From Bdellovibrio sp. (GTDB lineage: Bacteria > Bdellovibrionota > Bdellovibrionia > Bdellovibrionales > Bdellovibrionaceae), in NCBI GenBank assembly GCA_036677065.1, contig JAKFBS010000001.1, forward strand, positions 480,001 through 544,000: a stretch of 64,000 nt of DNA, in the 5' to 3' direction. How positions within the stretch are numbered: position 1 is the stretch's first letter; every line of letters begins with the position of its first letter. Below, piece after piece: positions 37,555 to 47,300 of this stretch. The notes under the pieces were generated by a model. It was not told where the DNA came from. It worked only from the letters and a program-made list of their open reading frames with translations, and searched no databases. The translations under genes and the position numbers were made by a program.

Positions 37555-39784
37555 AAAGTTTTTCTATTTCGGTTTAGTGGCAGCGATAGGATTAGCCCTG
37601 TCACTGCCATATTTTTTTTCGGGCGATTTACTGTCTGAAAAAACCTGGTCGCAGCAGTTTTATGACCGTAACGGCAAATTATTACGTCTGACTTTATCCG
37701 GTGATGAAAAATATCGTTTTTACACTGATTACAAAGAAATAAACCCAAAGTTAGTCGAAGCCTTTCTAAATAAAGAAGATCAGTTCTTCTATTATCATCC
37801 CGGAGTAAATCCATTTGCTTTAAGCCGCGCGTTTTATAAGACCTTTTTAACGGGTGGTAAAAAACAAGGAGCTTCAACGATCACCATGCAAGTGGTTAGG
37901 CTTTTATACCCTGAAACCACTAAATCTATTTCAGGTAAGTTTTTACAAATCTTGCAAGCGATCAAATTAGAAACACTCTATAGTAAAGATGAAATTCTAT
38001 TAGCTTATTTGAACTGGGCCCCTTTTGGATCAAACTTAGAAGGTGTAGGCGCCGCCTGTTTTTTTTATTTTAAAAATTCATGCGAAAAATTAACTCAAGC
38101 ACAAGTTCAATTCTTAGTGCAAGTTCCGCAAAATCCAACAAAGTTTACAAGCTTAGCCAATGAGAAAAAACAAAAGCTCGCCTTCAATGCGCCTCATTTT
38201 ATTGAATACCTGAAGCAAAAGGGTATTGAAGATAAAGCGGTCACGACGACTCTTGATAGTAATCTACAAAAGAATATAGAAACCTTAGCCGCATCTTATT
38301 TTAAGACCGTTGCCCGTACGGGAGTAAAAAATTATTCACTGGTAATTGTTGATACGGCAAAAAACGAAATTGTTTCTTATATTGGTTCACGTGATTATTT
38401 TAACGCCGACATCAAAGGGCAAATTGATGCCAATCGTTCATTAAAACCACCGGGATCCACACTTAAACCTTTTATTTATGCTCTGGCTTTACAACAAGGG
38501 CTTATTCATGAAAAAACTTTATTAAAAGACACACGTATGACGTTTGCCGGTTTAAATCCAGAAAATTTTGATGAACAATTTTTAGGGCCGATGAGTGCAG
38601 ATCAAGCTTTAATCTTAAGCCGTAATTTGCCAGCAGTAGATTTAGCGCGAAAGCTGAATAGTCCTAGCTTTTATGATTTTATGAAAGGCAAAAGTTCTCT
38701 TAGATTTAAAGACGAGAAATTTTACGGTCTTTCTTTGCCACTTGGCGGTGTCGAGATGAGTTTGTTAGATTTAATGAAGCTTTACACTTCGTTAGCTCAT
38801 CAAGGTCAGTATGCCGATTTAAACGTAACGATCAAAAGACAAAAATCTTTATACCAGCAAATTCTCACGCCGGAGTCTGTATACATCGTTTTACAAATGC
38901 TTAAGAAAAATCCGCGCACTGAAAGTGCGACCCTGCATGAATTAACTCATACAGCGATGCCACTAGCGTGGAAAACCGGAACTTCAAAGTCTTATAAAGA
39001 CGCTTGGACTTTAGGGTTAATCGGTAATTATGTCGTAGGCATTTGGTTTGGTGATAACGATCGCGAAATGAATCCGGCTTTAGTCGGCCGAAATATGGCA
39101 GCACCACTCTATTTTCAGATTTATGATTATCTTCGCAATAAGCCGCAGTATTTACGCGGCCACGAAAATCCTATTTGGGATTCTCGGGTAGGTCTTAATA
39201 TTAAGCCAGTGCATATCTGCAGTGTTTCTAAAAAATTAGTTACTGAAAATTGCGGGCATAAAACTGAAGCTAGTCTTTTTATACCTGCAGTTTCATCCAT
39301 TGAAACATGCAGTATCCACCGTAAAGTTTATGTTGATTCCAATACCCAAAAAATATCGTGCAAGGCGGGTGCCTTTTTAAATGCGCAAAGCCGCGTGGTC
39401 GAAGTTTGGCCGGATGATTTATTAGCTGTTTACAAAGAAGCAGGGCTAAAAAAAATCACGCTCTCAGATAAAAAATTTTCATGTGATGAAAGTGGCAGTC
39501 GTCTAGGGCAAATCAGTATTACCAGCCCGCAAGAAAATATTGAATACCTGATTCAAACACAGCAAGGGCAGCTGAAAAAGCCAAAAATCCAGCTGCGTGC
39601 AATTTCAGAATCAGACAGTCAATATCTAGATTGGTTCGTAAATAAAAATTATGTGGGCCGTTCTTATAAGAATGACCCCTTATTCTTTGAAACCGACCTT
39701 CCAGGCCGATATTCGGTGTCAGTGAGCGACAATTTAGGTCGTTCCCAAAGCAGTTATTTTAGTGTTAAAGTCGTAAGCCAGTAG
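37517..39784 (+). CDS. pbpC: Penicillin-binding protein 1C (exact start uncertain)
   Basis: Transglycosylase EDQFFYYHPGVN and GASTITMQ; transpeptidase STLK, SRN and KTGT; C-terminal BiPBP domain; synteny with A2M. Confidence 0.92.
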   Translation: MAKAIRGRLKLSKKFFYFGLVAAIGLALSLPYFFSGDLLSEKTWSQQFYDRNGKLLRLTLSGDEKYRFYTDYKEINPKLVEAFLNKEDQFFYYHPGVNPFALSRAFYKTFLTGGKKQGASTITMQVVRLLYPETTKSISGKFLQILQAIKLETLYSKDEILLAYLNWAPFGSNLEGVGAACFFYFKNSCEKLTQAQVQFLVQVPQNPTKFTSLANEKKQKLAFNAPHFIEYLKQKGIEDKAVTTTLDSNLQKNIETLAASYFKTVARTGVKNYSLVIVDTAKNEIVSYIGSRDYFNADIKGQIDANRSLKPPGSTLKPFIYALALQQGLIHEKTLLKDTRMTFAGLNPENFDEQFLGPMSADQALILSRNLPAVDLARKLNSPSFYDFMKGKSSLRFKDEKFYGLSLPLGGVEMSLLDLMKLYTSLAHQGQYADLNVTIKRQKSLYQQILTPESVYIVLQMLKKNPRTESATLHELTHTAMPLAWKTGTSKSYKDAWTLGLIGNYVVGIWFGDNDREMNPALVGRNMAAPLYFQIYDYLRNKPQYLRGHENPIWDSRVGLNIKPVHICSVSKKLVTENCGHKTEASLFIPAVSSIETCSIHRKVYVDSNTQKISCKAGAFLNAQSRVVEVWPDDLLAVYKEAGLKKITLSDKKFSCDESGSRLGQISITSPQENIEYLIQTQQGQLKKPKIQLRAISESDSQYLDWFVNKNYVGRSYKNDPLFFETDLPGRYSVSVSDNLGRSQSSYFSVKVVSQ

Positions 39785-39793
39785 AGGTTATTT

Positions 39794-40879
39794 ATGGATA
39801 ATAAAGAAATAGTTTTTAAGTACGCGATTTTAACCGTTGTTTATATTTCTTTTGCCTTATTGTTTTGGCCATTTAAAACTGCGTTATTATTAGCCGCTTT
39901 ATTTGCGATGGCAATGACGCCGCTATTGAATCGCTGGCTGAATAAAATCGACCGTGAAAAGCTTTTGATCTTTTTTATGGTCATAGGACTAATTTTAATT
40001 GTTATCGCGCCACTGACGATGATTGTGACTAAAGGCATTTTAAATTTAGCTCAGTTACAACAAGATGCGATAGCCCAGTTACCTTTATATAAAAACGTTG
40101 AAACGACTGTTGCCAAAATCTGGGGTTTTGCCAATGATATTTCGTCGCGTTTTAATTTTGACTTAAACGAAGGCTTTGATGTGCAGTCGCTACTGCCAAA
40201 ACTTTTACAACTTGTGATTCCCTGGTTAACTGCATTGATTACTAATTTTCCGGAATTCCTATTACAACTTTTTGTCTTTGTGGCCAGCTTATATTTTTTC
40301 TTAGTTAAACGGCGCGAGTTTTTATCTTGGTCTAAAGATAGAAAAGTTTTATCGCAAGATTCTTTAGCGAAGTTGATCGTGGTCTTACAAAGAGTTTGTT
40401 ATACAGTCGTGTTTTCAACGCTTATTGTGGCTTCGGTGCAAGCAAGTATTGTGACTTTAGGAGCTTCTATTGCAGGTTTTGATAATTTAATGATTATCTT
40501 TATTCTGACATTTTTTATGTCGTTTTTACCGGTTGTTGGATCGGTGCCAGTATCTGGAGCTTTAGCTTTGTTCAGTTTTCTGCAAGGTGAAGCTGGAAAC
40601 GGCGTAGTTATGTTGGTCGCTTTAGGATTTGCTGGCGGAATTGATAACGTCATTCGCGCGTATATCTTAAGTGCTGAAGAAGAGATTCATCCTTTAGTGT
40701 CGTTATTAACTTTAATCGGTGCTTTAGCCATGTTTGGAATTTCGGGATTATTTTTAGGCCCGATTATCGCAGAACTTACTTTTGCAATCGGTAATATTAT
40801 GAATGGGTCTGATCAGCCGACGGAAGTGCCAGCGATTGTTTCTTCGGAAGACGAATCAGCGCCACGACATTCCCCATAA
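39794..40879 (+). CDS. AI-2E/PerM family membrane protein
   Basis: Multi-TM protein; SFLPVVGS, IDNVIR, IHPL and GLFLGPII motifs. Confidence 0.9.
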   Translation: MDNKEIVFKYAILTVVYISFALLFWPFKTALLLAALFAMAMTPLLNRWLNKIDREKLLIFFMVIGLILIVIAPLTMIVTKGILNLAQLQQDAIAQLPLYKNVETTVAKIWGFANDISSRFNFDLNEGFDVQSLLPKLLQLVIPWLTALITNFPEFLLQLFVFVASLYFFLVKRREFLSWSKDRKVLSQDSLAKLIVVLQRVCYTVVFSTLIVASVQASIVTLGASIAGFDNLMIIFILTFFMSFLPVVGSVPVSGALALFSFLQGEAGNGVVMLVALGFAGGIDNVIRAYILSAEEEIHPLVSLLTLIGALAMFGISGLFLGPIIAELTFAIGNIMNGSDQPTEVPAIVSSEDESAPRHSP

Positions 40880-41720
40880 TACAAAAAACCGCGCCTAAAG
40901 CTAAATACAGGCTCCAATTTAAATCTTCGATATAAGTTGAAACTATTAAGGCAATGATCGGCGAAGCGATACTGGTAAAGCCAGCTTTTGCCGGGCCGAT
41001 ATTTTCGATCAATTTAAAATACGCCCAAAAAGAAATAACTGTTCCGAAAATTGAAAGATAGAAAAATGAAATTACAAAAGGTGAAGTGATTTCAACGTGC
41101 AGTGATTTTCCGAATAATAAACAGACTAATAATGAAAAACCTGCACCATATAACATGGCCCACGAATTATTCGCCGATACAGGAATATTATCTTTCTTAT
41201 TTAAATACGAAACTATATTTCCTGCAGAAGCCGAAAGCGTAGATAAGAGACCGATTAAAAATCCCCACAGCGAATTGGGGTGTAAGCCGATATTTAAATA
41301 TTCATTCCAGGCAATGAAAGCCATGCCGAATAGGCACAAGATTCCGCCCCACACGACTTTTTTTTCAAAAGGTATATTTAAAAATATACGCCCACCGAAC
41401 ATATTTAAAAAAATGATTGAAGTAAAAGCTAAGGCAATCAATGCCGAGGTGGCCATTGAAGTGGCCCAGTAAGTTAATAGGTAATTTAAACAAAAGATAA
41501 ATAAACCCTGAGTCGCAAAACGAAAGTGTTGCGAGCGGGTAAATTTAAAGAGTGAAATCTTTGTGAAATAGCAGGTAATAAACATTACACAGCTTGAAAA
41601 GATAAAACGGTAAAAAACTGCAGCGCTGCCATCAACATAGGGAAGTTGGTATTTAATCGCAATCCAAGTTAATCCCCAGATGATGGCGCAGGTTAAGAAA
41701 TAACTGGTATTATTCCTCAT
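40797..41720 (-). CDS. DMT/EamA family transporter
   Basis: IWGLTWIAIK start and two EamA repeats; likely start is the ATG at 41720. Confidence 0.9.
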   Translation of the reverse strand: MRNNTSYFLTCAIIWGLTWIAIKYQLPYVDGSAAVFYRFIFSSCVMFITCYFTKISLFKFTRSQHFRFATQGLFIFCLNYLLTYWATSMATSALIALAFTSIIFLNMFGGRIFLNIPFEKKVVWGGILCLFGMAFIAWNEYLNIGLHPNSLWGFLIGLLSTLSASAGNIVSYLNKKDNIPVSANNSWAMLYGAGFSLLVCLLFGKSLHVEITSPFVISFFYLSIFGTVISFWAYFKLIENIGPAKAGFTSIASPIIALIVSTYIEDLNWSLYLALGAVFCIMGNVVALIRLPKKQSLALPSADQTHS

Positions 41721-42126
41721 CGTCCTCAGAAGCTTCTTCGTCTTCATCATCGAAGTCGTCATCCTCATCATCGTCGTCGTCGTCTTCTTCGTCTTCATCA
41801 TCATCGATTTCGCCAGCGACTTCGATGCGAACAAGCCAGCCTTCTTCGTATGGGTCTTCCATAAGAACAGCAGGATCATCGACAACTTGTTGGTTGATTT
41901 CGATAATTGTTCCCTCGAACGGTGAAACGATATCAATTGTTCCGTCGTCAGATTCTACGCTTCCGAAAGCAGTGTCTGCTTCAACTTTTTCTTGTTCGGG
42001 AGGTAAATCAATTGTGTTGATTTCTGTGATGTCTTCAAGACCGTCATCATTAATACCAATTGTAATAATGCCTTCTGCTTCTGAATACCAAAGATTGTGA
42101 TTAAAGTTTTTTATTTTTCCGGCCAT
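41710..42126 (-). CDS. GcvH-like protein lacking the lipoyl lysine, with acidic tail
   Basis: HLW...ITIGI...VESDDGTIDIVSP.EG.IIEIN...DPYEEGWLVRI. The canonical VESVK is replaced by VESDD. Confidence 0.8.
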   Translation of the reverse strand: MAGKIKNFNHNLWYSEAEGIITIGINDDGLEDITEINTIDLPPEQEKVEADTAFGSVESDDGTIDIVSPFEGTIIEINQQVVDDPAVLMEDPYEEGWLVRIEVAGEIDDDEDEEDDDDDDEDDDFDDEDEEASEDDEE

Positions 42127-42322
42127 ATTTTTTCCTATTTATGCTCAAGATAAATCCATTTTAACTATTTTTTTCACGGGGTCAAATTTTGGCGAATTTT
42201 TAACAAAAGATATAATTCTTCTTAACGCAAATTTTAAAAATAGACTTTATCTAACTGTGTCTGTTACAACACACCAACTTTTAGAGAAAAGCTAATTTGA
42301 GTCACAAGTCAGAGGGGGATGA

Positions 42323-42925
42323 ATGACGACAATGCGTTTTTTTATGATCGGTTCTTGGACCGAGGGGATGTTTCATTTTCAGAAACTAATGCCCTTTATA
42401 GTATCATACGAACCAGCAACAATTCAGGCAACAGCGTATCGTTTACCGGTGGGATTTCCAGTTATCACTGAAGAAAAAGCCGCCACAATTCATGGTCAAA
42501 TCATTGAATTAAATGCGGATGCAACTCTGTTAGCGTTAATGGACACTCTGCACGGTGTAAAAGCAGCTGATCCAACAAAGGGTCTGCACTATCGCACTCA
42601 AGCCCAGGTGACCAAAAATTCAGGGCAAACTGACACAGCCGAAGTTTATTTTTATAATCCAAAAAAATTGACAGCAAAAGCAGCAGTTATTGCCGACGGT
42701 TTATGGAAGCAGTCTTTAGAAGAGCAGCAACCATTGCCATTACAGTTAACTGAAAAGCAAAAAACCTATGTGCTTAAATTAGGTGCTGTTAAAGGTCGTG
42801 ATATTATTCCGATCAATGATCTTACCTTATATCGTGAATTAATGAAATTAGAGTTGATCGTTGATAAAGGCCGCCGTTTGGCATTGAGTTCTTTAGGCAA
42901 AGAAGTTTATAACCATCTTGTTTAA
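42323..42925 (+). CDS. Gamma-glutamylcyclotransferase-like (AIG2-like) protein with C-terminal extension
   Basis: FFMIGS...G, YRLPVGFP, IHGQII, LMDTLHG...YR and EVYFY; divergent from the canonical family. Confidence 0.6.
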   Translation: MTTMRFFMIGSWTEGMFHFQKLMPFIVSYEPATIQATAYRLPVGFPVITEEKAATIHGQIIELNADATLLALMDTLHGVKAADPTKGLHYRTQAQVTKNSGQTDTAEVYFYNPKKLTAKAAVIADGLWKQSLEEQQPLPLQLTEKQKTYVLKLGAVKGRDIIPINDLTLYRELMKLELIVDKGRRLALSSLGKEVYNHLV

Positions 42926-43404
42926 TGGACCATTTAAAACCGATCGATCCACTTTTTAGAATTGTTATTGTTGAACCGGAAATTCCACAAAATACCGGCA
43001 ATATCGGTCGCACCTGTGTGGGTGCGACTTGTGAACTTCACCTAATTAAACCCATGAGTTTTGAAATCACTGATTCGCAAGTTAAACGCGCGGGTCTTGA
43101 TTATTGGCCGCACCTGTCTTGGAAGATTCATGAAAATTTTAACGACTGGTATAATTCAGTCGAAGATAAAAGCCGCATTTTTTATATTGAAAACAAAGTA
43201 GAGCAAACTATCTATCAGGCGAACTTTAAAAGAGGCGATTGGTTAGTCTTTGGAAAAGAGACAAAAGGTTTGGACCCTGATTTGCTTATGTCTAATCTGG
43301 ATCGTGCCTATATGATACCACAAACAGGGCCAGTTCGCAGTTTGAACTTGGCCACAGCCGTGGCAATCACGATCTATGAAGGTTTTAGACAGGTGAATGT
43401 ATGA
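42925..43404 (+). CDS. trmL: tRNA (cytidine/uridine-34 2'-O)-methyltransferase TrmL
   Basis: EPEIPQNTGNIGRTC, KRAGLDYW, FGKETKGL and RSLNLA motifs. Confidence 0.95.
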   Translation: MDHLKPIDPLFRIVIVEPEIPQNTGNIGRTCVGATCELHLIKPMSFEITDSQVKRAGLDYWPHLSWKIHENFNDWYNSVEDKSRIFYIENKVEQTIYQANFKRGDWLVFGKETKGLDPDLLMSNLDRAYMIPQTGPVRSLNLATAVAITIYEGFRQVNV

Positions 43405-44246
43405 AAAAAATATTTTTAATTTTATTAGCGTTAACTGCATTTTCAAATATCGCTGAAGCAAAACGACCTTTAGTTTTATGGTTGCACGGCTGTTTGCAGT
43501 CGCCAGAAAGTTTTATCACTCAATCTAAAATCGAAGAATTAACTCAAGAAGTAAATCCAGTGATTTTAGCGCCTGAACAAAATATTTTTGCGAATCCTGT
43601 GAAATGTTGGAATTGGTTTTTACCAAGCTTACAAGATCGCAAAGCATTTATGGCTTCAGTGGTCTCTGATATTACCGCATTAGTTGATTCAGGTGTTGTT
43701 GATGCCAATAGAATTTATGTCGGCGGTTTTTCTGCAGGTGCGGTTTTATCGACGCATTTTGCTTTATGTTATCCAGAAATTTTTAAAGGCGCTTTGTTGC
43801 ATTCAGGGGCGCCGTTTAAATTCGTGCAAAGTTTATTTGGCGCGGGCAATGACGATGATTTGGCTTACGCTGGTTACGAGTGTGCAGATCACGTTTTACC
43901 TGCGAAATTAAACACAGTGACGATTTTTTCTGGTACTAATGATTTAATTTCAACCCCACGTGATAACAAATTAGTCTTAGAACAGTTTTTAGGTTTTTAC
44001 GATTTATCAGATGATCAATTATTAAATGATTCTTCAGTCGCTGCCGTCACCGTATCGACCACTGATCGCAAAGGCGATATCATCACTGATTATGTGATGC
44101 ACTCAGGATCACATGTGCGTTTTGTTTCAATCAAAGGTCTGCGTCACCAATTTAGCGGTGGTGATGAAAATAGTTTGGCAACTTCGCCTGAAACACTATC
44201 TGCAGTCGGCGCTTTTTTAAAGTGGACCGAGAATTTTACCAATTAA
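43401..44246 (+). CDS. Secreted PHB depolymerase-family esterase
   Basis: Signal peptide; LHGCLQS, CWNWF, lipase box GFSAG, GTND and HQFSGG. Confidence 0.85.
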   Translation: MKKIFLILLALTAFSNIAEAKRPLVLWLHGCLQSPESFITQSKIEELTQEVNPVILAPEQNIFANPVKCWNWFLPSLQDRKAFMASVVSDITALVDSGVVDANRIYVGGFSAGAVLSTHFALCYPEIFKGALLHSGAPFKFVQSLFGAGNDDDLAYAGYECADHVLPAKLNTVTIFSGTNDLISTPRDNKLVLEQFLGFYDLSDDQLLNDSSVAAVTVSTTDRKGDIITDYVMHSGSHVRFVSIKGLRHQFSGGDENSLATSPETLSAVGAFLKWTENFTN

Positions 44247-44281
44247 TAATTCATTTCAGGGTTAAAGACTTGTAAAGAGAT

Positions 44282-44334
44282 ACGTCAAAATGACGTTATA
44301 ATGGCGCTCAGGTTATGCTGTCTCAGTTCGAGAC
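44282..44334. promoter_or_regulatory. Two 6-3-6 palindromes upstream of the fibre gene
   Basis: ACGTCA-AAA-TGACGT (44282-44296, perfect) and GTCTCA-GTT-CGAGAC (44320-44334). Confidence 0.55.
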
Positions 44335-44381
44335 AGAATTATCAAAATCGTCAAAAAAAAGCGCAATGTTTCTAAGAATTT

Positions 44382-44389
44382 ACCGATAA
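44382..44389 (+). promoter_or_regulatory. sigma28-like -10 element 7 nt before the GTG start (possible leaderless mRNA)
   Basis: ACCGATAA-gttaaga-GTG, with no clear Shine-Dalgarno. Confidence 0.4.
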
Positions 44390-44396
44390 GTTAAGA

Positions 44397-47300
44397 GTGA
44401 AGAACGTATGCGGGACGCTTAGTCGATGGCTATTTATTTTTGTAAGTATTTTTATACTTGCGCCGAGCGTTTTTTCTGCAAACTACACTACCTATCAAGC
44501 CAAAATTGTTAAGCCCGATGGTTATCCGTTAGAATCAAACAACGTAAATTTTAAATTTACAATTTTAGAACCAAGCGGCAGTTGTATTTTGTATGCTGAA
44601 ACTTACAGTTCAGTGAACATGGCAAACACTGGTGGGTTGATTTCTTTTTCGCTTGGTTCTGGAGTTAAAACTTATCCGGTCAGTAGTCCGACATTTGTTG
44701 ATATTTTTAATAATGCGGTTGCTTCACATTCGTGTGATGCCGGCGGGCCAGTAAGTTATTCACCGAACTCTGATGACACCAGAAAAATCGTGATGCAATT
44801 TCATGATGGCAATGGTTGGCAAACTCTGCCAGCGATGACGATCAACGCCGTACCGTACGCGATGTATGCCAACGATTCACAACAATTAGGCGGCATAAGC
44901 GCAACAAATTATGTTCGCTATAGCACGATTCCAACTTGTACGGCATCGCAAGCGCTTCAGTATACGGGGGCAAGTTTTAATTGTGTGGCCCTGCCAGACT
45001 CTGGTGTGTTCAGTGCAGCTGATGTGGCAACTGCTTTAAGTTATACGCCAGCAAATGCAGTGAGTGTGACTTCGTTAAACAGCGAAATCGGCAATGTTTC
45101 TTCAACGGTGTATGCGGTATCATCGACAGTAAATAGTTTAACTGCAAATTTTTCAAGTTTACAAAACAGTGTTGCTGTTTCATTAGCGGCCATCACAAGT
45201 TCACAATGGGTAATGTCAGGCACAACTCTTTTTTATAATTCCGGTAATGTTGTAGTCTCTGGTGGTTTACGCATCAGTATGGATGTTGCGGCCTGTTCAA
45301 TAAATTTAGCAGGTGCCTTACGCTATAATTCAGGAGCTGTTGAGTATTGTAACGGAACAACCTGGACAGCCTTTGGAGTTTCTGGAGCCGGCTTGCAGGG
45401 ATTAAATGGTTCAACTTCAGGAACACAAACTTTTGCAATCGGAACAACGGGCACAGCGCCAACATTTGCAACAAATAATGGTGTGCACACTTTAAATATT
45501 CCATTAGCCAGCGCTGGATCAGTCACTGGTGGGTTATTATCTAACGCTGATTATTCAACATTTATGAATAAGATCACATCAAGTGCCGCAAGTATTGCGC
45601 AGGTGTTAGGTTTTACTCCGGCAAATAATGCAACGCTTGCCAATTATGCCGTACGTTCAAATAATTTAAGTGATTTAACTTCAAGTGCAACAGCACGCGC
45701 TAATTTAGGTGTTGGCTATATCGGTACTTTAACAACCGTAGATTTAAGTTCAGCCGATGTTAGCGGAACACTGGCGATTGCAAGAACGCCATCTTATATA
45801 GGTGATGTAACAAAAGCAGCAGCAAGTAATTCGTTAGTGTTATCAAGCACGGGTGTTGTGGCGGGTACATATAATAAAGTGACTGTCGATGCAAAAGGCC
45901 GTGTCATTTCAAGTTCTGCCTTAACAGCCAGTGATGTAAATACCGCTCTTACTTATACAGCCGCAAATAGTGCTACGGTATCATCATTAAATTCAAGCGT
46001 AATAGCTTCATTTACTTCGGTGGCAAATTCTTTGGCGACAATATCTGGTACTTTAAGTTCAAATGTAAGTTCACAGTGGACAACTTCTGGCGCAGCTATT
46101 TTTTATAATTCGAACGTAGGTGTGGGCACAGAGACACCAGCGGCCAAACTGCATATCTGGCGTTCAGGCGGAACAACTATTGGTGGATCTTCATCAGACA
46201 CGGCTAATGCTGGTTTATTGATTGAAGGCGGTGCCGCAGGAGCTATGGCTATTGATGGAAATGAAATTCAACAATTCGGGGATACTTTATTTTTGCGCGG
46301 TGAAAACGGAATTAACTTTGCTATCGGCGATGGCGCTGATGGTAACAGCACTACACCAATGTTGCTTAACTCTAATGGCCGACTAGGCGTTGGTACAACG
46401 AATCCACTGGTGCAAAATCACTTTCATAAAGTAACAACCATGGGAACGGTTGGAGCCTTAAATATTAATGCTGCGGTTCTTCGTATTTCAGAAGCAGCAA
46501 GTACTACATTAAATTTCGACGGCAATACTATTGTAGCTGAAGATGATTTATTTCTGGGTACAAAAGGTTCTGGTGTATTTCATTTAATCAGCAGTGATAC
46601 GGTTCGTGTTAATATTGCAAATACCGGTAACATAGGTGTGGGCGCAAACTTTATACCAACAGCCCGATTACATTTAGTTTCAGGTACGACAGCAGCAAAT
46701 TCAGCTCCCTTAAAATTTACTTCAGGAACTTTAATGACAGCGGCACAAGCTGGCGCGATGGAGTATGATGGTTTTGGATTTTATTTAACTGATGGTGCAG
46801 GCACTCGCCGAGTGATTGCCACCGCGACTCAGCCTGGTTCATTAGATAATGCTTCAATTATTAATTCGACCGGAAATATGAATTTGGTTCCGGTGGGATC
46901 AGTAATTGTATCAGCGACAACTCAATCTACGAATTCACAAACAGGTGCGCTAGTTGTCAAAGGCGGCTTAGGCGTTGCCGGAAATATTTTTGCTTCAGGC
47001 ACAATTATTACCTCATCAAATATTCAAGGCGCTTCGATCACAGCAACTAACGGCATGATTGCGCCGTACATTGCAGGCAGCATTGTATCTAGTGGTAGTT
47101 TAACTTTAGATTCAACGACTCATGCAACTAAAGGTAAAATTTTATTAGCGCCAAACGGGGGCTATGTCGGAGTAGGCACAGTCGTGCCAACAGAAAAATT
47201 TCACGTGGCAGGCAATGGTCTTTACAGGTCAAATGATACGATCTTAAAAGTTCAGGAATCAAATCATGCCTTAGGTTCGGCCCAGATACAGGTCGGCCAA

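Noticed and set aside
41721..41936. 72-aa N-terminal extension of the EamA ORF (MMMKTKKTTTTMM...)
   Set aside because: It is an alternative-frame reading of the Asp/Glu codons of the GcvH-like tail; the likely start is 41720.
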